Origin: Parvularculales bacterium
GTDB taxonomy: Bacteria; Pseudomonadota; Alphaproteobacteria; JAPOUT01; JBAJNM01
Length of the DNA: 64,000 nucleotides
NCBI GenBank assembly: GCA_036881865.1
Contig: JBAJNM010000005.1
Span: forward strand, 3,868 to 67,867
Direction of reading: 5' to 3'
Shown here: in pieces, positions 37,117 through 45,530 of the stretch
How positions within the stretch are numbered: position 1 is the first letter of the stretch
How the letters are laid out: every line of letters begins with the position of its first letter
Program-made: the position numbers and the translations under genes
Notes under the pieces: model-generated
What the model was told of the DNA's origin: nothing
Databases searched by the model: none
The model's input: only the letters and a program-made list of their open reading frames with translations

Positions 37117-37839
37117 CTAGAAATTTCCATAGATGGAACTACGAACGTTATCGAATGACTTAAGTTTTTGTGAAAACTGTTTTATGCGTTTAATAAGATC
37201 GTCTGATGGATTGAGGGTAATGAACCATCTTTCCGAGGGTACTTTTCTACCAGTTTCAGTAGGGATGATCGTTAAAATCTTCAAAGTGATTGGATTGAAG
37301 AGATAAAAGTGTTTATTGATATCGAAGATTTGCTCATCATAATTTTTGTGAGCTGGGAATTTGATACAAACTAAAGGTCTTTTATTGGCTGCAAGAATTT
37401 CAATCTCTCTTTTTAATGCATGTTGTTTTGAAGGTTTTTTAACACCGATATCGGGGCCAGTATCGGGGTCTATAAATACCATGTCACATCTAGACAAAGT
37501 TGTTACCATATTCTGAGCCCAAGCGTCTCGACTTGCCGATTTCAAAGGCTTAGGAACTGCTGAGTAATGAAAAACGGTACTCTTATTCCAGATTTCTGCT
37601 TTCTGAAGCTTGTTTATGCTTCGTTCAGGAAGTTTTGCAAGATGATCAAATAATTCGGGATCTAAGGCCCTATAATCCTTTTGTTGCAGGTATTCCTGAT
37701 GTTTCCCGTCCGCAGGGTCATCACGACAGTCGACGTAATACCAGCCAACTCCCAGTTTCAATTCTGTTCCATGAACTAATGCCCGTAAAAACGAGAATTT
37801 AAAAAAATCGGAAATATCTCCTGCGTATTGGTCTCTCAT
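37117..37839 (-). CDS. hypothetical protein with RlmJ-like motif layout but a DPDT in place of DPPY
   Basis: 240-aa ORF, AT-rich. YAGDISDFFKFSFLRAL compares with RlmJ FHAGNHADVLKH, MVFIDPDTG with LILIDPPYE, and WFITLNPSD with MIVINPPW. These comparisons are from memory. Confidence 0.5.
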   Translation of the reverse strand: MRDQYAGDISDFFKFSFLRALVHGTELKLGVGWYYVDCRDDPADGKHQEYLQQKDYRALDPELFDHLAKLPERSINKLQKAEIWNKSTVFHYSAVPKPLKSASRDAWAQNMVTTLSRCDMVFIDPDTGPDIGVKKPSKQHALKREIEILAANKRPLVCIKFPAHKNYDEQIFDINKHFYLFNPITLKILTIIPTETGRKVPSERWFITLNPSDDLIKRIKQFSQKLKSFDNVRSSIYGNF

Positions 37840-37879
37840 GCAAAGCTTCTTTCGGGTAATCCTGTTTGACTATTTGGAA

Positions 37880-38401
37880 TTATCCTCCAACAAGCCTCCT
37901 ACATTCTGCACGAGCAGATTGCACTTCTTTAATTTTTTTTGGATTATGTTTGATATTCAGGGATGGTTTATATTTACGGATTAATTCTCTTTCAAGGTCT
38001 TCCGTTTCACTTTTGGCAACTAAAAGATAAGTAAAAAGGCAGTTCTCGCGTATCCATGCTGTGAGTATATCTTCATTTTTGAAACTCTATTTAGAGGGTT
38101 TTGCTGATCGTAAAGTTAACTTTAGCTGTAAATATTCACGTAAAACAGCACCAACAGAACGCCGGAATGTATCGCTTGTTGAGTGAGGCCCTGTAAAATG
38201 AGTTTCCAATCGATCATATAAACCTGAGGCCCCCATTCCGATGTAGATCATCTTGTCATCACGACCTAGAATCGGTTGCCACTCTTCCGGCAAAATATCG
38301 ATACCCAGCAGAAATATAGCATATACTCCAGCATCTTTTGGTAATGCCATGCCATCAGACCATTTCTTTGGTGGTGTATTAAATGGGAACTCTTTCATCA
38401 T
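37880..38401 (-). pseudogene. GIY-YIG nuclease-family gene interrupted by one in-frame TAG (38089-38087)
   Basis: The track ORF 38087..38422 ends ...RSAKPSK*. Hand translation shows the same frame continuing as SFKNEDILTAWIRENCLFTYLLVAKSETEDLERELIRKYKPSLNIKHNPKKIKEVQSARAECRRLVGG* (TAA at 37882-37880). GVYAIF and IYIGM lie before the stop, and the conserved Glu/LN part after it. The start ATG at 38401 overlaps the upstream TGA (TGATG). Confidence 0.7.
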
Positions 38402-39381
38402 CAAACACCTTTCGCAAACCACACAATATCCTCACCATGGGGATGTGTGTGCGCCAGAATATTGTTATTATAAGATAGCACAAACCTTCCTCTAGGAACT
38501 TCTAAGGCCGGATCAAGTAAGTCGGGGAATATCAGGCTGTGCTCCTGCAAAATCCAGTTCACCGGTAGGTCGTTCATGAGGGCCCTAAACCGTTTAACCT
38601 CTTTTGGCGGCATGTAATTCATGACAGCCGAATGATAGATGACGATATCGGCCTCTTTTGGTGCCGCCGAGATAGACGCTTCCAGATGATCCAGTAAATT
38701 TCCTCCGGTAATTTCCAGCCTGTGTTGCCGTGCCTCGGCAATCGCGGTTTGCAATCTGTGCAACCGGTCTGTCTGTCCGGGCCATACAAGAGTTTCCAGC
38801 CAGTCGCATGACTCTTTATCAGATAAATCTATCGGGTTCAGGTCAATCCCTTTCCGCCAGACAATATTGAGGTTTTTATTGATTTCCGGCATTGGCCCGT
38901 CAAAACCGCACGTGATGAGGGGTGATTGGCCGGAGGCAGAGTTTGGCACAATTTTTGTGCCGTCAAAACTATATTGATAGTAGTCGGGAATCATGCACAG
39001 TCCGGCAGAGGCACCCACCTCAATGAGGGCAATCTTTTCTTGTTTCATTTGCGATAAGGCCAGAAATAGTGCACCGCAACGTGCCGGTTCATTGGTCTGG
39101 GTGATTTTTGTGTTGACCACCTGTGTTATGGCCTCACGGTTTTCATGAATGATCCGCTCAAATTCGTGTAAAGAGTTTGGAACGCCATAAACTTTCCGGA
39201 CAGCGGCAAAAATCAGGTTGGGTTGTCTTTTGTTGTCATGAAAATTGGAAATAAACTGAAGAAGTATATCGCTTTCTGTCACCCAACGGGCCAGATCAAA
39301 ATATGCCTGACACCTGCCTTTTGCCTCGTATTTCGCAAAGTTCAGATATCGTTTTTTCAGTTTTTCAATATCGTCTTCCAT
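38401..39381 (-). CDS. DUF2332-like protein (SAM-methyltransferase-like fold suspected)
   Basis: 326-aa ORF with RQPNLIFAAVRKVYG...NEPARCGALFLAL...IALIEVGASAGLCMIPDYYQYSF, which matches my recollection of the DUF2332 consensus. Not verified. Confidence 0.55.
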   Translation of the reverse strand: MEDDIEKLKKRYLNFAKYEAKGRCQAYFDLARWVTESDILLQFISNFHDNKRQPNLIFAAVRKVYGVPNSLHEFERIIHENREAITQVVNTKITQTNEPARCGALFLALSQMKQEKIALIEVGASAGLCMIPDYYQYSFDGTKIVPNSASGQSPLITCGFDGPMPEINKNLNIVWRKGIDLNPIDLSDKESCDWLETLVWPGQTDRLHRLQTAIAEARQHRLEITGGNLLDHLEASISAAPKEADIVIYHSAVMNYMPPKEVKRFRALMNDLPVNWILQEHSLIFPDLLDPALEVPRGRFVLSYNNNILAHTHPHGEDIVWFAKGV

Positions 39382-39528
39382 CGATTGCTTTCACGTTCTT
39401 GGTGTTTCAATCGTGGATAGTATAACCTTGCCCCCGGCAATTCCTTACTTGGAAATAAGGGACAAAAAGGCAGAGAAAGTAATAGGAAGACTAGCTGAAT
39501 AAATGCCGGGAAGGGTCAAAATGAAAAA

Positions 39529-39604
39529 TGGCTCCCCGAGCCGGACTCGAACCAGCGACCCAGCGGTTAACAGCCGCTTGCTCTACCAACTGAGCTATCG
39601 GGGA
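39529..39604 (-). tRNA. tRNA-Asn (anticodon GTT)
   Basis: The reverse complement is tccccgatagctcagttggtagagcaagcggctgttaaccgctgggtcgctggttcgagtccggctcggggagcca. It gives a full cloverleaf with loop ctgttaa and encoded CCA. Confidence 0.95.
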
Positions 39605-39748
39605 TTAAGCCTGTCTTTAGGATTAGCAAAATCACGGAGCCAATACCAGCCTGAAATAGCCCGGTCATGGCTTCAGAGCAACTATAGGGCTAATTTGGAT
39701 CGGCCAAAATCAGGCGGAATTGGGGGAGGTGAGGACCGGGAGGGGTTG

Positions 39749-39823
39749 TGGAGGCCACGCCCGGAATCGAACCGGGATAAACGGATTTGCAGTCCGCTGC
39801 GTCAACCATTCCGCCACGTGGCC
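39749..39823 (-). tRNA. tRNA-Cys (anticodon GCA)
   Basis: The reverse complement is ggccacgtggcggaatggttgacgcagcggactgcaaatccgtttatcccggttcgattccgggcgtggcctcca. Acceptor ggccacg/cgtggcc, loop ctgcaaa. Confidence 0.93.
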
Positions 39824-39948
39824 TACAATCTCTAGGATTTGCCGTATCATTCCTGCGATTACCAAGAATTGCAATAGCCTTTATAGGGGGTTATGTACAA
39901 CATCAATTCCAACTATCTTTTTTGTGATTTAAAGTTGATTAGGCTCCT

Positions 39949-39968
39949 ATACTATTCTGCAATAGTAT
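39949..39968. promoter_or_regulatory. perfect 8-bp inverted repeat ATACTATT-ctgc-AATAGTAT upstream of the small-peptide gene
   Basis: Read directly. It lies about 100 nt upstream of ATG 40065. Confidence 0.3.
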
Positions 39969-40064
39969 CATAATTGATGTGCGCCGAATCTTCCGGAATT
40001 TTTCTGGAGGTTAAGAAAAAGGAGTATGATTCGGAAGTTAACAAACGTTTTGAGGAGATCTAAA

Positions 40065-40253
40065 ATGAAAACACTAACAACTCTTTCAATTGCTCTTGTG
40101 ATGGCCTTGGCTCTTAGCGGGCCGGTGTTTTATACATCTACTCCCGCTCATGCCCAGTCGTGGGCTGATTATAACTTCTGCTGGATTTGGGGATGTGGGG
40201 ATGAAGACCTCGGCCCCGCCTCTGACGGCGACGGTGGCGTATTTGGAGAATAA
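40065..40253 (+). CDS. small secreted peptide precursor (62 aa; predicted 32-aa mature peptide with a CX4C motif)
   Basis: GAGGAG sits 7 nt before ATG 40065. The signal peptide is MKTLTTLSIALVMALALSGPVFYTSTPAHA, then QSWADYNFCWIWGCGDEDLGPASDGDGGVFGE. A terminator hairpin follows. Confidence 0.6.
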   Translation: MKTLTTLSIALVMALALSGPVFYTSTPAHAQSWADYNFCWIWGCGDEDLGPASDGDGGVFGE

Positions 40254-40327
40254 ACGGCTCTAAATTCCAGCCTCACCGCAGGTGCACTAGCGCTTTTGGT
40301 GATGCCTCAGGTGAGATAATGGCAATA

Positions 40328-40360
40328 ACGGCAGGCCAAAACGCTTGGCTTGCCGTTTTT
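40328..40360 (+). terminator. Rho-independent terminator after the small-peptide gene
   Basis: Stem ACGGCAGGCC / GGCTTGCCGT (one mismatch) followed by TTTTT. Confidence 0.7.
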
Positions 40361-40600
40361 ATAAAGGCTGTGGTTTGCAGGGGATCAAAGCATTGGCGCA
40401 GACGCTATTCTTCACGGAGTGTCTGCGACAGGTTGTGTATAATCTGGCATTGACATTGTTCAATGACAAATTATTACTTGTGTTCGCAGATTTTCAGGCC
40501 TCACCGCAAGTGCTCCGATAGGATTTCTTTCCATTCTTGTATATAATCACCCATTATAGGTCATAGATCCTTAAACGATAGTGGGGACAAGCGGTTTGAA

Positions 40601-41269
40601 ATGACAGATTTCACCGAACTCAGAAATACCATGATTGAAAGTCAAATCCGCACCGATGGAGTGACGGATCCTGCAGTACTGGGGGCGATACGAAAAATTT
40701 CCCGTGAGCAATTTGTGCCGGATGAATGTATTCCGTATGCCTACGCCGATTGCCCTATAAGGTTATCCGTTAAGCCTGTAGCACGGGGGTTGCCGGCGCC
40801 CCGTGATTTTGCGTTGTTGGTTCAGGCGGCGGGTATTGAACCTTCCGATGTGGTTTTGGACATAGGGTGCGGGTCGGGGTATTCCACGGCGGTTCTGGCG
40901 CGTCTGGCCGATACGGTTGTCGCTCTGGAGGAAGACAACATATTGGCAGAAAAAGCCATGGGGACGTTGGCTGAGCTGGGGGCGGATAACGCCGTTGTTG
41001 TTAAGGGGGATTTGAAGGAGGGATATCCGGGGCAAGCTCCTTATGATATTATCATGTTGAGTGGGGCGGCCTGTAGAATACCGGAAGGGCTGTTTTCGCA
41101 GTTGGCGGAGGGAGGCCGTCTGGTTGCGGTTGTTTATGGAGCCGTGAATGGTAATGTCAGGGTGTATGAGAAGACTGGAGGGGGCGTTTCTTCCCGGACA
41201 ATATGCAAGGCGACGGCATCGGTTTTGCCGGGGTTTGAGGCGGAGCCTGATTTTGTTTTTGCATCGTAG
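40601..41269 (+). CDS. pcm: protein-L-isoaspartate O-methyltransferase
   Basis: 222-aa ORF with the SAM motif VLDIGCGSGYSTAVLA and the conserved pcm-tolC-valS neighbourhood of alphaproteobacteria. Confidence 0.85.
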   Translation: MTDFTELRNTMIESQIRTDGVTDPAVLGAIRKISREQFVPDECIPYAYADCPIRLSVKPVARGLPAPRDFALLVQAAGIEPSDVVLDIGCGSGYSTAVLARLADTVVALEEDNILAEKAMGTLAELGADNAVVVKGDLKEGYPGQAPYDIIMLSGAACRIPEGLFSQLAEGGRLVAVVYGAVNGNVRVYEKTGGGVSSRTICKATASVLPGFEAEPDFVFAS

Positions 41270-41396
41270 AGCCTTACCCTGCCAGAGTCTGATTTCGGCA
41301 AGATTTTAGTTTCGGGCAGATATTGGTTTTGAGCCGGATGTTAGTTTTAAGATAGTGGAGTTATAAGGATTTGTGAGATATTCAGGTGAGGATCGT

Positions 41397-42722
41397 ATGA
41401 AAAAGAACAGTGGCGTTGCCTTGAGGGTTTTTTGTGGCCTTGTAGGCGTAATGATAGCGTTTCCGGCGCAGGCGGATACGCTGGAGGAGGCCCTGTCGGC
41501 GGCTTATACAAGCAATCCGGTCTTGTTGGCGGAACTGGCGGCGGCCCGGGCAGCAGATAAGGGTGTATCTGTAGCCTATGCTGGATTTCACCCTGAAATT
41601 AGGTCAAGCGGAACTTACGCATGGCAACAAAATGCCATCAAGCGCACGGTGGGGACTTCTGCCTATCAAACTACCAATACTACTCCGCTAGGGGTGACGG
41701 GTAGTGTGAGTCAGAATCTGTTTAGCGGATTTCGGACCATCAATGAGGTTAAGCAGGCTAAATCACTGGCGAGAGCGGGTCTTGCTAATCTTTTGAATGT
41801 AGAGCAGCAGGTGATGCTGGATGCCGTAACGGCTTATTTTGATGTTTATCAGAATGAGGCGGAGGTCCGGTTGAATCAGGGTCAGGTTGAGGTTTTAACC
41901 CGTCAGTTGAAAGCGGCACAGGACCGCTTTGAGGTTGGAGAGGATACAAATACGGGTGTAGCCCAGTCCAATGCACGGCTTGCTTTTGCAAAATCCAGCC
42001 TAATCCGGGCAGAAGCCTCGCTGGTGAGCGCCCGGGCGGCCTATGAGAGGGCTATCGGACAAGCTCCGGGCACTCTTGAATTGGGAACTTTACCGGATAT
42101 ACCGGCAACTATAGAGGACGTTCACAAGATTGCTTTGGGTAATAATCCGGCCCTGCAGACGGCACAACATGTTGAGAGGGCTTCCGATATCGGGATTAGC
42201 ATGGCGAGGGGAGCATTGCTGCCCACGCTGGACGTCACTGCGCGAACCAGTCACGCTTGGGATCGGACTGATTTTACTGAAAGAAATATAGACAATACGC
42301 TGACCGTCGAGTTGTCGGTACCCTTATATAACGGTATTGTATATCCGGGTATTGGCCAACTCTCGCAACAAAACGCTCAGGATCGTCTTATGGTTGCCGC
42401 CGCGGGACGGCAGGTCATAGAGGGTGTGCAAGGTGCATGGGTTGGGCTGAAATCGGCAGAGGCGCAGATTGCTTCAGACCGGGAACAGGTCACCGCTAAT
42501 GAAATTGCGCTGGAAGGTGTGCGCCAGGAAGCGCAGGTGGGCTCTCAGACCACGCTGGATGTTCTCAATGCCGCACAGGATTTGCTGAATGCGCGGGTTT
42601 CGTTAACCCGTGCCGAGCGCAACCGTTATGTTGCGTATTATTCTTTATTGTCAGTCATGGGTGTTTTAACGGCACGCGATCTTGAACTACCGGTTGAGTA
42701 TCATGACTCCGCTGATTATTAA
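41397..42722 (+). CDS. tolC: TolC-family outer-membrane channel protein
   Basis: The track ORF starts at 41373. I prefer ATG 41397 (MKKNSGVALRVFCGLVGVMIAFPAQA signal), then DTLEEALSAAYTSNP, the typical TolC start. Confidence 0.9.
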   Translation: MKKNSGVALRVFCGLVGVMIAFPAQADTLEEALSAAYTSNPVLLAELAAARAADKGVSVAYAGFHPEIRSSGTYAWQQNAIKRTVGTSAYQTTNTTPLGVTGSVSQNLFSGFRTINEVKQAKSLARAGLANLLNVEQQVMLDAVTAYFDVYQNEAEVRLNQGQVEVLTRQLKAAQDRFEVGEDTNTGVAQSNARLAFAKSSLIRAEASLVSARAAYERAIGQAPGTLELGTLPDIPATIEDVHKIALGNNPALQTAQHVERASDIGISMARGALLPTLDVTARTSHAWDRTDFTERNIDNTLTVELSVPLYNGIVYPGIGQLSQQNAQDRLMVAAAGRQVIEGVQGAWVGLKSAEAQIASDREQVTANEIALEGVRQEAQVGSQTTLDVLNAAQDLLNARVSLTRAERNRYVAYYSLLSVMGVLTARDLELPVEYHDSADY

Positions 42723-42842
42723 TACCAATGTTAACAATAAATAGTTTGGTTATAGAAATCTGAAAGATGCCCATAGCGATGGAGCGCCGTAACATCCGGT
42801 TTGCCGGCTGGTATTACGGGTTACACGGAAAAATCCCACCCG

Positions 42843-45518
42843 ATGCTTGAAAAAACGTATAATTTTAGCGAGGTAGAGCCACGCCTTTATGAAGTATGGG
42901 AGACCTCCGGTGCTTTTCGGTGTGGTGTTCCGGAAAAATTTCAAAGCGGCGCGGAACCCTATTGTATTGTTATTCCTCCGCCCAATGTTACCGGCGCTTT
43001 GCATATGGGTCATGCGCTCAATAATACGTTGCAGGATATTCTGGTGCGTTTTGAGCGCATGCGCGGGCGGGACGTCTTGTGGCAACCGGGCATGGACCAT
43101 GCGGGGATTGCTACCCAGATGGTTGTTGAGCGCCAATTAGCGGCTGAAGGCAATGTAAGCCGACGTGAATTGGGCCGTGAGGCTTTTGTGGATCGCATTT
43201 GGCGTTGGAAGGAGGAGTCGGGCGGTCTTATTGTCCGCCAGTTGCGGCGTTTGGGGGTTTCGTGTGATTGGAGCCGGGAGCGTTTTACTCTGGATGAAGG
43301 ACTATCCAAAGCGGTTGCTAAAGTTTTTGTACAACTTTATCGTGAGGGGTTGATTTATAAGGACAAGCGTCTGGTTAACTGGGATGTGGAGTTAGGCACG
43401 GCCATTTCAGACCTTGAGGTGGTCTCCCGCGAGACGGATGGGCATTTGTGGTATGTCCGCTACCCTTTAGAGGGGCGGGAGGGTGAGTTTATCACCATTG
43501 CTACGACGAGACCGGAGACGATGCTGGGGGATACGGGTATCGTGGTACATCCGGACGATGAGCGGTATCAGGGCTTGATCGGGGGATATGCGGTGTTGCC
43601 TTTGGCGGGGCGCCGGTTGCCGATTATTGATGACACTCATGCAGACCCGGAGCAGGGGTCAGGGGCCGTTAAAATAACGCCTGCCCATGATTTTAATGAT
43701 TTTGAGGTTGGGCAACGTCACAATTTTGAGTGCCTTAGTATTTTTGATGAGAAGGCATGCGTCAATGAGAATGCGCCGGAAGCCTATCAGGGTATGGACC
43801 GCTATGAGGTCCGCAAGAAAATCGTGCAGGATTTAGAGGCGGCAGGATTATTAGACCGCATAGAACCGCATCGTCATATGGTGCCCTACGGCGACAGGTC
43901 AAACTCCGTAATTGAACCGTATTTAACGGAGCAATGGTATGTGAATGCAGGGCGTCTGGCGGTTCCTGCCATGGAGGCCGTCAAACAGGGGGATACGATT
44001 TTTGTGCCACGTACGTGGGAGAAAACGTACTTTGACTGGCTGGAGAACATTCAACCGTGGTGTATCTCCCGGCAATTATGGTGGGGTCATCAGATCCCGG
44101 CATGGTATGGGCCGGATATGCACATTTTTGTCGCTCACGATGAGGTGGAGGCAACGGAGCATGCTACAGAGCACTACGGTAAAGCCGTTACGCTAACCCG
44201 TGATGAAGATGTGCTGGATACATGGTTTTCATCTGCCCTGTGGCCTTTTTCTACGTTAGGCTGGCCGGATGAAACGCCTGAACTCAGGCGTTATTACAAG
44301 ACGGATGTTTTGGTTACGGCTTTTGATATTATATTTTTCTGGGTTTCCCGAATGATGATGATGGGACTGCACTTTATGAAGGAAGTGCCGTTTCACACGG
44401 TTTATATTCATTCTCTGGTGCGCGATGAAAATGGGCAGAAAATGTCTAAGTCCAGAGGAAACACCATGGATCCTCTTGAATTTATGGACAAATATGGCGC
44501 GGATGCCTTGCGCTTTACCTTGACGGCCATGGCGGCTCAGGGCCGTGAGATTAAACTGTCTGAAGCCCGGGTAGCAGGTTACCGCAATTTTTGTACTAAA
44601 TTATGGAACGCCGCCCGGTTTTGTGAAATGAACGAGTGCGTGGTGGAGCATGATTTTGACCCTGCCGATTCCACATTGCAGGTAAATCGCTGGATTGCAG
44701 GTGAGACGGAGCGCACGGTTCAGACGGTAACACAATCATTGGAAGCGTATCGTTTTAATGAGGCGGCGGCCACTCTTTATTATTTTATCTGGCATGTTTT
44801 TTGCGATTGGTATCTGGAGTTTATCAAGCCGCTTTTAAATGAAAGCAGCCAACAGGAGCGTGACGAGACCCGCGCTATGGCGGCGTGGGTATTGGAGAAG
44901 ATTCTGGTTGTGTTGCATCCGATGATGCCATTCATTACGGAAGAGTTGTATCAGCGCCTTGTGGCAGAGGTCACCGGCAATAAAGAGATGCTGATTAATG
45001 CACCGTGGCCGCAGTTTAATAAGACCCTTCAAGATGAGGCAGCAGATGCGGGTATGTCATTTGTGATTGAACTGGTCGCTCAGGTGCGCTCCGTGCGCTC
45101 CGAAATGAATGTACCGGCGGGGGCGCGTCTCAATTTGATTATTAAGGAAGCTGGTGCGGACATAAAAAACCGTATAGAGCGCCATAAGGGTATTATTGAG
45201 CGTTTGGCGCATCTTGGAGGTATTCATATTGGGGGGGGGGCACAGGCTCTCTCAGGGTCGGCACAGATTGTTTTGGGGGATGCACTTTTTCTGTTACCTT
45301 TGGGAGAGACTATTGATGTTGAGGTTGAACTCAAACGTCTGGATAAGAAAATCCAAAAGGCGCAAGGCGATCTTGAGCGGATAGAGAAACGTCTTGGTAA
45401 TGAAAAATTCGTAGAGCAGGCACCGGCGAGTGTTATTGAAGACAATAAGGAGAAGAAAGAAGCCGCCGCACTGGTGTTAGCCAAACTCCTTGGGGCCCGT
45501 CAGCGAATGAGTGAATGA
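42843..45518 (+). CDS. valS: valine--tRNA ligase
   Basis: The track ORF starts at 42801. I trimmed it to MLEKTYNFSEVEPRLYEVWE. It has PPPNVTGALHMGHA (HIGH) and KMSKSRGN (KMSKS). Confidence 0.97.
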   Translation: MLEKTYNFSEVEPRLYEVWETSGAFRCGVPEKFQSGAEPYCIVIPPPNVTGALHMGHALNNTLQDILVRFERMRGRDVLWQPGMDHAGIATQMVVERQLAAEGNVSRRELGREAFVDRIWRWKEESGGLIVRQLRRLGVSCDWSRERFTLDEGLSKAVAKVFVQLYREGLIYKDKRLVNWDVELGTAISDLEVVSRETDGHLWYVRYPLEGREGEFITIATTRPETMLGDTGIVVHPDDERYQGLIGGYAVLPLAGRRLPIIDDTHADPEQGSGAVKITPAHDFNDFEVGQRHNFECLSIFDEKACVNENAPEAYQGMDRYEVRKKIVQDLEAAGLLDRIEPHRHMVPYGDRSNSVIEPYLTEQWYVNAGRLAVPAMEAVKQGDTIFVPRTWEKTYFDWLENIQPWCISRQLWWGHQIPAWYGPDMHIFVAHDEVEATEHATEHYGKAVTLTRDEDVLDTWFSSALWPFSTLGWPDETPELRRYYKTDVLVTAFDIIFFWVSRMMMMGLHFMKEVPFHTVYIHSLVRDENGQKMSKSRGNTMDPLEFMDKYGADALRFTLTAMAAQGREIKLSEARVAGYRNFCTKLWNAARFCEMNECVVEHDFDPADSTLQVNRWIAGETERTVQTVTQSLEAYRFNEAAATLYYFIWHVFCDWYLEFIKPLLNESSQQERDETRAMAAWVLEKILVVLHPMMPFITEELYQRLVAEVTGNKEMLINAPWPQFNKTLQDEAADAGMSFVIELVAQVRSVRSEMNVPAGARLNLIIKEAGADIKNRIERHKGIIERLAHLGGIHIGGGAQALSGSAQIVLGDALFLLPLGETIDVEVELKRLDKKIQKAQGDLERIEKRLGNEKFVEQAPASVIEDNKEKKEAAALVLAKLLGARQRMSE

Positions 45519-45530
45519 CTTTATGCAGGG

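Noticed and set aside
34018-39604. tRNA-Asn-targeted integrative element with att direct repeats
   Set aside because: There is no integrase or recombinase gene. By eye I could not find a copy of the tRNA-Asn or tRNA-Cys 3' end at 34.0, 35.1 or 37.1 kb. I kept it only as an eroded islet hypothesis.
39503-39932. ORFs 39503..39835 (+) and 39720..39932 (+)
   Set aside because: Both are read through the tRNA-Asn and tRNA-Cys genes on the opposite strand.
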